This document shows positions 1-11,480 of a stretch of DNA of 64,000 nucleotides, one piece after another; the stretch's first letter is position 1, and every line of letters starts with the position of its first letter. Source of the stretch: Octopus vulgaris (lineage: Eukaryota); assembly GCA_951406725.2 (NCBI GenBank), contig OX597819.1, positions 127,720,001 through 127,784,000 on the forward strand, read 5' to 3'. Below the pieces are notes generated by a model. That model saw only the letters and a list, made by a program, of their open reading frames with translations, ran no database searches and was not told the DNA's origin. The position numbers and the translations under genes are program-made.

Positions 1-40
<40 letters not shown>

Positions 41-79
41 ATTTATATATATATATAAACATATGCATACATACATACA

Positions 80-112
<33 letters not shown>

Positions 113-249
113 GTACATACCTACACCTATATGTATATATACATGCATATATATACAGGACACTACAAATTAAACGTAGAACACAACGAGAAACGAAAAC
201 ATAAAACCAAACAAGGAAACGGACTATACATATATATTTATATCGGTAC

Positions 250-825
250 ACCCGTGGCTGTGTAGTAAGCGGTTTGCTTCTCATCAGTTGTATGATTTAG
301 GGTTCAGTCCCACTGCGTGGCACCCCTTGGCCGGATGTTTTCTGCTATAGCCTCGGGCCGACCAAAACCTTGTGAATGATCTTGGTTGATGGAAACTGAA
401 AGAAACCTGTCGTGGGGTATCTGCTCCTTCCTCCCCTTTGGATTTGTTCCTCTTTCCGACGAGAATCTATGCTCGAAACGTCATTTCCACGTCTATTTTT
501 CCCCTTAAAGCTTTCACTAAGTGTCAGTCTGATATATTTACAGAGTTCGACCACTTGACTTTTGTTGGTTTTCCCTGTTCTAAATTTTCAATTTATCTTT
601 GTGTGTGTGTGCGTGTGTGTGTGTGTGTTTGTCTTCCAACACCACTTGACGATCGGCGTTGGCGTGCTTACGTCACCATAACCTTGCGGTTAGGCCAAAG
701 AAACCGAGAGAATATGTACCAGGTTTAGTAAAACCGTGAGTACTAGGGTCAATTCGCTTGACTAAAATTCTTCAGCGCGGTGCCCCAGCATGGTCGCAAT
801 CTATTTGAAAGTCTAAACGAAAGAT
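250..825 (+). mobile_element. SINE family B (tRNA-like head, CORE-like segment, internal microsatellite), diverged and interrupted at ~420-595
   Basis: 5' half gtggctgtgtagtaag...ggttcagtcccactgcgtggc...ggaaactgaaagaa and 3' half ...gcggtgccccagcatggtcgca align by eye with copies at 17090 and 59062. Confidence 0.75.
451..487 (+). ncRNA. degenerate minimal hammerhead-like motif in a PLE terminal-repeat fragment
   Basis: tcttt CCGACGA gaatctatgctc GAAACGTC; related to the copies at 39656 and 43035. Confidence 0.45.
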
Positions 826-861
826 ATATACATATGCGTATATACGTATATATTTACATGT

Positions 862-914
<53 letters not shown>

Positions 915-917
<3 letters not shown>

Positions 918-1142
918 TTTTACTACCCACAAGGGCCTAAACACAGAGGAGACAAGCAAGGACAGACAAAGCGATTAAGTCGATTCCATCGACCCCAGTG
1001 CGTAACTGGTACTTAATTTATCGACCCTGGAAGGATGAAAGGCAAAGTCGACCTCGGCGGAATTTGAACTCGGAACGTAATGGCAGACGAAATACGGCAA
1101 CGCATTTCGCCCGGCGTGCTAACGTTTCTGCCAGCTCGCCGC

Positions 1143-1143
<1 letters not shown>
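915..1143 (-). mobile_element. SINE family A (tRNA-derived)
   Basis: Reverse complement starts ggcggcgagctggcagaaacgttagc (A box), has gagttcaaattcc (B box) and gcctttcatcc...gtcgataaattaagtaccag; more than 12 copies in the window. Confidence 0.9.
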
Positions 1144-1203
<60 letters not shown>

Positions 1204-1436
1204 GTGTGTGTGAGAGTAAGTATAAAGTATATATGCATACGTAAATATATCTGCATATTTATACACCAACATATTTGAGTATACATATATATATATATTC
1301 TTATATATTTACATACATATGTACGTGCACATACACGTAAAAACACAAGCAGAAAAATGTGTTTGAAGGGAAAGAGAGAGGGGAAGAAAGAAAGAAAGAA
1401 AGAAAGAAAGGAAGAGAGTAGGAGAAAGCCACAAGC

Positions 1437-1478
<42 letters not shown>

Positions 1479-1843
1479 GGAAATTACCACCCAATTCTTA
1501 AAAATAAACCCGCAGATTAATTCCCACGCGGTAACTTCTCTATTTGACTTTGTATATCAACGCGACATACAGACGCCTCCATTGACCAATTCATCTCGAA
1601 TAATTTTGCTTTCCTTTCTGTTTTTGTGTTTTTTTATTACTTTACTTTCTATCGTTAGTTAATTTCTTTGTTTCTTTTCTCTTTTTATAATTCTTTCTTC
1701 TCCGCCTGCCTTTCTTCCTAAACGCTTATTTTCTTCCCCTTTTCTTCCCTTCTTTCCTTCCTTCTTTCTCTCTTTCTTTGTTTCTTTCATTTTTTGTTTG
1801 CTTTCATGCCTTCTATTTTCTTGTGTTTTGTAGTTTTACATCG

Positions 1844-1970
<127 letters not shown>

Positions 1971-2063
1971 TGTATGTATTCCATCCACTTTATCAACAGA
2001 AATAATCAACGATAAAAGGAAAATTGTTAGTACTATAAATAAATAAATAAAAAAAATATCCTT

Positions 2064-2094
<31 letters not shown>

Positions 2095-2660
2095 ACATCA
2101 TTCTTATTATTATCGTTTATTATACTAGTATTAATCACGTGTGCACATATATATGTCTAACACACACACATATATTGTACTTACGTTATATACATATATG
2201 TGTATAGAGTAATTAGATTAATAATCAGGGGAGCTCCTACGTTATAAATACATAAATATACTTTTATATATCTAACACAGGCGCACACGCACAGATACAC
2301 ATTGATTGCCTATCTCTCATAAACTACACAAACACACACACGCACACACACTCACACACACACTCCTGTGAGTGTTTATTTGTGGGTATGTGAGATTGTG
2401 TTTGCGTGTGTGTTTGTGTGTGTGTGAAAGAGAGAGTGCGCATGCGTATGTGTGTGTATGTGAGATAGAGAGAGTGTGTGTGTATTAATTGTACATATTT
2501 TAGGCTTGAATTTTTTATAGATATACACACCCTGGTATAAAGGCTTTTTTTTTAGATATTTTATTCGTATTGCGTTACTTCGTAAATATTGCATTATATT
2601 GTAAGCATGTTATTGCTGTGCTTGTGGCAAATAAACGATACTATCGTGATTAAATCCACC

Positions 2661-3270
2661 ATAATAATAATAATAATAATAATGAAATTATTGTATACAG
2701 TGCTCAGGTGCACCATAACTTGTCAGAAGTGCATATATAAAGTATATGCAGTAATGTACAAATGTCTGGAAAGCGAACAGTGTATGAGTCAGATACATGC
2801 TTGCGTGTGTATGGAGGAGAGAAAATCAGGTGTAGTGTTGGTGAATCTCAGGAAGCATGGAAGTTTTGAAGGATGCAGTGCTCCGACAACTAACAACTGA
2901 AGCCGGCAGTTTGTTCCATGCTTCAGCAACTCTTAGCGTGAAAAAATGTTTCCGAAAGTCATGGGAGCTGTGCTGTTTTCTGACTTTGTAAACATGTCCA
3001 CGGGTGTTAGACAGATGGAGTTTGAAAAGGTACTCAGATTTATTGTTTGTAAGATGGTTAATAATTTTATAGGTGTCTGCCAAGTCAGCTGCCAGACGTC
3101 GGAGTTTCAATGTGTCCATGCCCAGGGAAGTAAGGCGTTCAGAATATGGCAAATGCCTGATGGAGGGTATTCTCTTGGTTGCACGTCGCTGAACGGCTTC
3201 CAGACGATTAATATCCTGGGCAAGATAGGGGTTCCAGACCGGTGATGCAAATTCCAGGTGAGGTCGTACC
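2661..3270 (-). mobile_element. CR1-clade LINE 3' fragment (ORF2 C-terminus, 3' UTR, ATT tail)
   Basis: VRPHLEFASPVWNPY...LEAVQRRATK...LPYSERL...TRGH...RKHFFTLRVAEAWNKLP is a typical CR1/L2 ORF2 end; second copy at 60213. Confidence 0.9.
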
Positions 3271-4201
3271 ATCATCACATGTATCCTCATCATCGTCATC
3301 ATCATCATAATCATCGATGATATTACAAATGGTTTCTTGGTGTAATTTACGTGAAAGAAATTGCGAAGTTTGCTACGAGACTATAAATATGTGCGGGTCT
3401 ATGTATATTCACTTATTTTATTGTAGGGACAATTGTTTCGGATGTTGTGTTTTGTGGTAAGCGACAGACGATAGTGCTACGACCGCTGTACCAGCCACTG
3501 CTTCTTATCTAGACAATATATTTGGTCATATCAGCGACCACGCCGAATCCAAAGTCCCTCCAGAAGTTCAGTTGTTACAAGCAATGAATAAGAGGCGAAT
3601 GTGTCGCTACAGATCACCGGAAGCTGCGATACAACGTACATCTCGCAATTTCCATTGCTGGCAGAACTGAATTCGAATCGTTCGGCGAGTTTGGCTAACA
3701 CAGGAAGAGTGTTCCGCCTAATTACCTTGCTCATGATGAGCACCATACATAATGAGCAATCGTCAAATGGTATTACTTTTAACTCACTTATATCTAATAA
3801 TTTATGAGACTTTCACATACACATACATGCGCATGTAGATTTAGTTGTCTTAGTATTCACACAAAGTGAATAAAATATAATTAATATTCGCCTAGTATAG
3901 ATTTCTTTTTAATTCACGATTAATCTTAATTCTCTTTGAAGATTTAAAGAGTCGTAGCTTTAATACACACATTGAAACCAATCAGTGTAACTTTGACTGA
4001 ATTGAAATCATGTTTCGGAAGGCAGAAAACCTCTGAGTGCACCCAATCTTTCTAATTCTAATAAAACAATTTTAAAAATCTACAAAAAATATATACCGTA
4101 TTTTAACGTGTATAAGGAACCCTTTTATGTAAAAAAAATTAGGTTAAAAAATATTACACATAGGTTCCTTATACACGTTAAAAATCTACAAAATATATAT
4201 A

Positions 4202-4379
4202 CCGTATTTTAACGTGTATAAGGAACCCGTTTATGTAAAAAAATTAGGTTAAAAAATATGGGAGTTACTTATACATGGATAGTATTATAATCCCGTACAA
4301 AACATTTTTCCAAATTTTAAGCCCCAAACATTTTAGGGGCTTCCTTATACACACATTCCTTATACACGTTAAAATACGG
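4202..4379. mobile_element. Tc1/pogo-type MITE with TA target duplication
   Basis: TIRs ccgtattttaacgtgtataaggaa / ttccttatacacgttaaaatacgg with TA on both sides; partial duplicate at 4096-4183. Confidence 0.85.
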
Positions 4380-4598
4380 TAAATGTGCTTTTTGTATGTA
4401 CATAACAAAGATAACCATTTCTCGCCTTCTACAGAGCAAAACCACAGACAGTGTTCCACTCATAAACATATTGTCTTTTTCATGTCGTAGGGTGACTTCG
4501 CTACTATATCCTGTATGTTAAATGACTGCGTATAAGTTTTCTCATTGGTGCGTCCAGTTTTATGTTGTATATTGTGTATGATATTATGGATTGCTTCA

Positions 4599-4900
4599 TG
4601 TTTCTTTATTGCCCACAAGTCGTTCTCGGCGGAATTTGAACTCAGAACGTAGCAGCAGACGAAATACCTATTTCTTTACTACCCATAAGGGGCTAAACAC
4701 AGAGAGGACAAACAAGCACAGACAAACGGATTCAGTCGATTATATCGACCCCAGTGCGTAACTGCTACTTGTTTAATCGACCCCGAAAGGATGAAAGGCA
4801 AAGTCGACCCCGGCGGAATTTGAACTCAACGTAACGGCAGACGAAATACTGCTAAGCATTTCGCCCGGCGTGCTAACGTTTCTGCCAGCTCGCCGCCTTC
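4599..4900 (-). mobile_element. SINE A, partly dimeric, with 19-bp TSD
   Basis: gatattatggattgcttca at 4580-4598 and 4901-4919. Confidence 0.9.
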
Positions 4901-5512
4901 GATATTATGGATTGCTTCAAAGCAACTGATAACTGGTCGCTCTCTTTCTCTATTTCTGCTTCTCCCCCGCCCAGTCTCTCTGTCATATTTTCCTTCCTTT
5001 ACACTTCTTTGATTGGATTTTCATTTATGATTTGTCTAAATATGTAAAGGGACAATTTCAAATTTCCCTGATATTCTCTGCACTCAGATGAAAAGTACAC
5101 TCATAATGGAGCCGACAGACGACATACGAGTGGATCAGTGAGACCACTCTGCACTAAGTTAATGTAGATCCGATAAACAGATAGAGTATTGCCAATTGAA
5201 ATATACATACACATATATCCATAAATACATAAACACAAACATACATGGAAATTACATACACACACATACATACATACATACACACATACATACATACACA
5301 CATACGTACACACACACATACACAGACTCAAGCATATTGGCAAAGTTATCTCTCTATCGGATCTGTATGAACTAAATACAAAGTAGTTATAGTGAGTACG
5401 CCCATCTATTGTACACAGCGTGGATAGAAAATTACATATCAAGTTAAAACCACGGCCTCTAAGATACTAGACATACGTCGGCTCCATTAGTCTAGCCTTC
5501 TGTTTGCTTGTC

Positions 5513-5514
<2 letters not shown>

Positions 5515-5568
<54 letters not shown>

Positions 5569-5722
5569 GATAGGTAGATAGATAGATAGACAGACAGACA
5601 GGTAGGTAGGTAGGTAGATAGACAGACAGACAGATATATAGATAGGTAGATAGATAGATAGATAGATGGATAGATAGATAGATAGATGGGTAGATAGATA
5701 GATAGACAGACAAACAGGTAGG

Positions 5723-5803
<81 letters not shown>
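5515..5803. repeat. (GT)n followed by (GATA)/(GACA)n microsatellite
   Basis: direct reading. Confidence 0.95.
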
Positions 5804-6015
5804 CCATATAGTTTGAACGGTAGATCTCAAAGTGGGTTAAGCTATAAAACCTACCTTGTGCATAAAATATTGGATTGAAATAAATCCTTGGACATGAAAA
5901 CGTTGAAGGCTGCTGGCTATCTCTCATGAGCAGCCTTTTTGCTTTTTTTCTTTTTATTCAAGGAGTTTTCTTAATTCAGTATTTTATACACATGTTATTA
6001 TTTATAGCTTTTTAA

Positions 6016-6420
6016 GGTGGCGACCTGGCAGAAACGTTAGCACGCCGAGCGAAATGCTTAGTGTTATTTCGTCTGTTATTTCGTCTGCCGCTACGTTCTG
6101 AGTTCAAATTCCGCCGAGGTCGACTTTGCCTGTCATCCTTTCGGGGTTGATTAAATAAGTAGCAGTTACGCGCTGGGGTCGATATAATCGACTTAATCCG
6201 TTTGTCTGTCCTTGTTTGTCCCCTCTATGTTTAGCCCCTTGTGGGTAGTAAAGAAATAGGTATTTCGCCCATTGCTACGTTCTGAGTTCAAATTCCGGCG
6301 AGGTCAACTTTGCCCTTCATCCTTTCGGGTCGATAAAATAAGTACAAGTTGAACACTGGGGTAAATGTAATCGACTCATCCCCACGGAAACTGTTGTCCT
6401 TGTGACAAAATTTGAAACCA
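6016..6420 (+). mobile_element. SINE A dimer
   Basis: full unit 6016-6262, then a second unit restarting at ggtatttcg with a different tail. Confidence 0.9.
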
Positions 6421-7112
6421 TTATTATTGATAGCTTTATCTACTTCAAATTTGATAGTTAAGACGATTTATTTTATATCTTCCGATACAGACACACACAT
6501 TCGCACACACACACTCACATATAACAAAGTAGAAACAGAAATGCACACAGACACATGCTTACACACATGTACACACATACAAACACATACACATAGGGCG
6601 AGCGAGAGGGAGTGAACGAAAGAAAGAAAGCGTTAGAGAGAGTTAAATAGATTATTAGTCACAGAAAATATAAGAAGGATGAATATATGAGTTAATTAAT
6701 AGAAAAAAAACTTATGGTTTTTCACATAAGAAACAAAATCGATCTCACTACTAGAAATTTACTTAGTTTCTTGAATCTGGTCGAAAGACAATGGACTCTT
6801 CTGATAGAATCCACCTCAGGAAAATTTTGCTATAAAGTATAAAGATTCTGCAATCAAATATGCAAGGCATGTACCGTGCGGTCCCCAGATTTTTGTTAAC
6901 CTTTTCTTATTAATATTGATTCTGTTATATATATATAACTTTTGGACTTTACTCATAGGATGTTGGAATATTGCATATTACCATTATGCCATAAAAAATG
7001 AATTTACAACGTCAATACCCATACATATCTTGCATCTATTTTCTTTCCTCCACCTCACTCTCTATTTTGTATCACATCTAAACTAACTATGACTTAACCA
7101 TCCTCTCACACC

Positions 7113-7164
7113 GTCTCCGATGAAGGGGTATAATTTATAAATATCCTAGAAACAGCTGTAAGAC
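7113..7164 (+). ncRNA. minimal type I hammerhead ribozyme (U4C variant) in a PLE-type terminal repeat
   Basis: gtct CCGATGA aggggtat..atatccta GAAAC AGCT GTA agac: stem I gtct/agac, stem II, palindromic stem III, GUA site. Confidence 0.7.
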
Positions 7165-7333
7165 CTTCTATCTATAAATGCTCTGATATCTACACAGTCT
7201 TGATTTTTTTATCTTATTACGCTAAAAATTATATATGTGTGTGTGTGTATGTGTGTGTGTGTGTGTGTGTCTGTGTGTGTGTGTGTGTGAGGATAAGATC
7301 GTTAATTTAAAATAAAACGGTAATAATTATTGA

Positions 7334-7622
7334 AATTATAAATTAGGGTATCTACGAGATACAACCATGCTAAAAATAGCAACCATGATCCGACTCTTTC
7401 TGTTTCTCTTCTGTGTGTATTCTACTGACGACGCAAAGCATTCCTAAATGCAAAGTCAGAAATCCGGGAACTAGAATTATCCAGTAATTTTTTACTAGTT
7501 TCATCTTGTCTCTTTGTTTTCTCTCCGTGTTTGCGATATGGACCATTAAGGTGGTTTTTGAGTCAGATCATGGCTGCTATTTTCAGCATGATGGTAGCTC
7601 GTAGATACCCTAATTTATAATT
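7334..7622. repeat. inverted repeat (arms 7334-7396 and 7560-7622) enclosing a hammerhead-like motif; PLE fold-back remnant
   Basis: arms of about 63 bp are reverse complements with a few mismatches; right arm abuts (TA)n. Confidence 0.85.
7419..7477 (+). ncRNA. hammerhead-like motif with degenerate stems II and III
   Basis: attcta CTGACGA ...gcatt ccta aatgc... GAAA tccgggaac tagaat; perfect 6-bp stem I. Confidence 0.5.
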
Positions 7623-7650
7623 ATATATATATATATGTATATGTATATGT

Positions 7651-7681
<31 letters not shown>

Positions 7682-7682
7682 A

Positions 7683-8145
7683 AGAGCGGCTGGATAGTTT
7701 GCTGTACAGTGTGAACTTGGCCAGACGATGAGACGATGATACTTCAACCCCGAAATACGCCCTGCCCAGCATATCTGGGACTTCAGCAGCATGGCCTCGA
7801 TACTGCTGACCCCTGCTTGCTGAACGACTTCAACATTAGAGACGAAATCACTCCAGTGGACGTTGAGAATGGTGCGGAGGAGCGCTGGTGGAAGCTATAG
7901 AGGAGTCGTAGATAAGGGAGATAAGTAACTCACGACTCTGAGCCATATAAGAGGGTACTAAGGACAGTGGCTCTGTACACGCTGGTCTTGGTGTCCTTTT
8001 TCAGGTATCTGTTGTTCCATAGGCTGATATTAGTGCTCTTTTTCGGGTGTTTTCTCTCTCAAACTGTTGTTTATGCAGTCTACCAAATGCACCGGTTGCC
8101 TATACTAATCTGTTGTCGATTTTTCTGTTGATTTTGGCATCATAA
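7683..8145 (-). mobile_element. RTE (BovB-like) LINE ORF2 fragment, degenerate
   Basis: minus translation across frameshifts: KDTKTSVYRATVLSTLLYGSES...LRTILNVHWSDFVSNVEV...SIEAMLLKSQICWAGR. Confidence 0.85.
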
Positions 8146-8147
8146 GT

Positions 8148-8210
8148 AAGGGCATATGGCGTAGTGATTAAGAGCGCGGGCTACTCACATCAAGATTCCG
8201 AGTTCGATTT
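8148..8210 (+). mobile_element. isolated tRNA-like SINE head
   Basis: tggcgtagtgattaag (A box) and gagttcgatt (B box); no acceptor-stem closure. Confidence 0.6.
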
Positions 8211-8361
8211 TAGTTTCCTCCGGTGTACATCTTGTACATTTATGTAATGAATCTTCAATCATAACTTCGGCAATCACTGAGATGTGTGTAAGTACATCAC
8301 AGTATAAAGCTCAAATATATTCGCTGTTGTCTCCCGGTTTCGGTGAAATAATTAAGAAAAT

Positions 8362-8790
8362 ATTGGTTTCAAATTTTGGCACACGGTCAAGAATTTCAGG
8401 GAAGGGGTAAGTCGATTACATCGACCTCCAGTGTTCATCTGGTACTAATGTTATCGAACTCGGTGTTCAGCTGGTACTTATTATATCGATTCCGAAAGGA
8501 TGAAAGGCAAAGTCGACCTCGGCGGAATTTGAACTTAGAACTCGAAGACGGAAGAAATACCTATTTCTTTGCCTCCCACAAGGGGCTAAACACAGAGAGG
8601 ACAAACAAGGACACACAAACGGATTAAGTCGATTATATCGACCCCATTGCATAACTGGTTCTTATTTAATCGACCCCGAAAGGATGAAAGGCAAAGTCCA
8701 CCTCGGTGGAATTTGAACTTAGAACTCGAAGATGGAAGAAATACCTCTAAGCATTTTGTCCGCCGCAAAACTTTCTGCCGACTCGCCGCC
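8362..8790 (-). mobile_element. SINE A multimer
   Basis: repeated gaaaggatgaaaggcaaagtc...ggaatttgaact units at ~8495 and ~8678 plus the variant tail. Confidence 0.85.
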
Positions 8791-8821
8791 TTAATAATAA
8801 AGATAGTATTAATTTTCGGTA

Positions 8822-9215
8822 AAGCGGTGAGCTGGCAGAATCGTTAAGATGCCGGGCGAAATGCTTAGCGGTGTTTCGTCTGCCGCTACGTTCTGAGTTC
8901 AAATTCCGCCGAGGTCGACTTTGCCTTTCATCCTTTCGATGTTGATTAAATAAGTACCAGTTACGCACTGGAGTCGATATAATCGACTTAATCCGTTTGT
9001 CTGTCCTTGTTTGTCCTCTCTGTGCTTAGCCCCTTGTGGGTAGTAAAGAAATAGGTATTTCATCAGCCGTTACGTTCTGAGTTCAAATTCCGCCGAGGTC
9101 GACTTTTCCTTTCATCTTTTTGGGGTCGATAAATTAAATACCAGTTGCATACTGGAGTCGATCTTATCGACTGGCCCTCTCTCCCAAAATTTCGGGCCTT
9201 GTGCCTTAGAAAAGA
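8822..9215 (+). mobile_element. SINE A dimer
   Basis: head at 8822; second unit from ~9053. Confidence 0.9.
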
Positions 9216-9425
9216 ATGTTAATTTTGGAATAATATTGTATATTCCTCACGACATAATTGTTTTTATTTAACGTTTTATCTCCCCTACTTTAACCGCTCT
9301 TCTAACCGGAGTTTTAACTACTGAGCTAGATCTTTAACGCAATAAAAATTCCAGTGGCACAAAACTCTCAAGACAGATGGACGAAAATAAATATTGAACA
9401 AGGATGATAACTACTTGCTTAATAT

Positions 9426-9463
9426 TGCTGATGGAGTCATATTAAGACCAAAATATGTCCGCA
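9426..9463 (+). ncRNA. decayed hammerhead-like motif
   Basis: tg CTGATGG agtc atattaa gacc AAAA tat GTC cgca; three substitutions away from CUGAUGA..GAAACAUGUC. Confidence 0.4.
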
Positions 9464-9969
9464 CTTGTCTCCTGTACTTGATGAAATAATTAGATAATTT
9501 ATATTTAATCTGTAACTAATATTGTTGTTTCGAAACGGCGCAATAAGTTTGTCCTTAGCTTTTTTTTAATGCTTGCTGCATCCTTAAATCACACTATATT
9601 GACTTGAACAAAAAAACAAAAAAACAGAGGCTCATTGCATAACGCAGTCATAGATATGCTAGGCGAGATAATCACAGCCGAAATGATTGATTATAGGACT
9701 GTCTACACGACCATGGTTCAGCTGGGTGGAAATGTACAAAACGATTAGAACAGTTAAATCACAAAGATAGTGACAAGAAACAGAGAAAAATCTACAAACC
9801 CTTTCTAGTAAGGTGACATTAAGCAATATTTTTGGAGTGAAAAATTCATTGCCTGATAGATTTGATGGCTATATTTTATGTGAATATCTGTGTGTGTGTG
9901 TGGGCGCATATAAATGCATGCGAGTGCACTTGTGTGTGATCTCGTTAAAGACAGCAATTTACTATATAT

Positions 9970-10620
9970 ACTCTTTTACTTGTTTCAGTCATCTGACCGC
10001 GGCCATGCTGGAGCACCGCCTTTTAATCGAGCAACTCGACCCCGGGACTTATTCTTTTGTAAGCCCAGTACTTATTCTATCGGTCTCTTTTGCCGAACCG
10101 CTAAGTAACGGGGACATAAACACACCAGCATCGGTTGTCAAGCAATGCTAGGGGGACAAACACAGACACACAAACACACACACGCATATATATATATATA
10201 TATATATAGCTGGCAGAAACGTTAGCACGCCGGGCGAAATGCGTAGCCGTATTTCGTCTGCCGTTACGTTCTGATTCAAATTCCGCCGAGATCGACTTTG
10301 CCTTTCATCCTTTCTGAGTCGATAAATAAAGTACCAGTTTCGCACTGGGGTCTATAATCGACTTAATCCCTTTGTCTGTCCTTGTTTTCCCTCTATGTTT
10401 AGCCACTTGTGGGTAGTAAAAGAAATATATATATATGTATATATACATATATACGACGGGCTTCTTTCAGTTTCCGTCTCCCAAATCCACTCACAAGGCT
10501 TTGGTCGGCCCGAGGCTATAGTAGAAGACACTTGCCCAAGATTCCACGCAGTGGGACTGAACCCGGAACCATGTGGTTGGTAAGCAAGCTACTTACCACA
10601 CAGCCACTCCTGCGCCTATA
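9970..10620 (-). mobile_element. SINE B with a SINE A (+, 10208-10425) nested in its internal (TA)n
   Basis: 3' half 9970-10185 and 5' half ~10430-10620 flank an A copy. Confidence 0.9.
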
Positions 10621-10670
10621 TCCAGAATATATTTATATTCTGGATATTGTCATCTCTATTTATCGCTACT

Positions 10671-10900
10671 GAGGCGGCGAGCTGGCAGAATCGTTCGCAC
10701 GCCGGGCGAAATGCTTTGCGGTATTTCGTCCGCCGCTGCTTTCTGAGTTCAAATTCCGCCGAGGTCGACTTTGCCTTTCATCCTTTCGGGGTCGATAAAT
10801 TAAGTACCAGTTACACACTGGGGTCGTTGTAATCGACTTAATTCGTTTGTCTGTCTTCGTTTGTCCCCTCTAGGTTTAGCCCCTTGTGGGTAATAAGAAA
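10671..10900 (+). mobile_element. SINE A
   Basis: full head to tail. Confidence 0.9.
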
Positions 10901-11112
10901 AACACTACTTGTTCAGTCTGTCTTTTAGAAAAAAAAATCAAATGTAAAACGTCTTTGACCTTACACGTCACGATCCTAGAAAAGACGGCATTGAATAACG
11001 CTGTCCTGGTTTCCATGTATGGAGGTCATATATGGAATGGCCACGACCAGAGTGCCTTTCATCATAAGTCTACTCGATCAAAGTTGACCTGTTGCTAAAC
11101 AGCAGCTGCAGT

Positions 11113-11480
11113 GGATACGCAATGGCCCAGTTAGGGCAGCGGACTCGAGGTCGGAGGATCGCGGTTCGATTCCCAGACCAGGCGTTGTGTGTGTTTATTG
11201 AGCGAAATCGCCTAAAGGTCCACGAGGCTCCGGCAGGGGAGGGGGGCGACCCCTGTTGTACTCTTTCGCTCCAACTTTCTCTCACCCTTTCTTTCTGTTT
11301 CTTGTCCCCGACTTCCTACGCAACCACTGAGCCTGGATGCGCATTCATCCATCCGTCGATGCTCTCGGTGTCGGGGGTTGACCTGCTTTCTCTTCTGCGG
11401 GTCTTGCAAATAGCAAAGGACGACATTTCGGACTTCTCCCACTGGGACGAAGACCGCTTCGCTCAACAAACAAACAAACA
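11113..11480 (+). mobile_element. SINE family C with tail type 1, (CAAA)n end and 16-bp TSD
   Basis: tRNA-like head gcaatggcccag..ggttcgattccc; TSD aaacagcagctgcagt at 11097-11112 and 11481-11496. Confidence 0.9.

Noticed and set aside
8148-8210. tRNA gene calls for this and other A/B-box sequences
   Set aside because: No complete cloverleaf; the others continue into SINE bodies
8328-8346. GAAACCGGGA on minus as a hammerhead 3' half
   Set aside because: No CUGANGA upstream; too short to call
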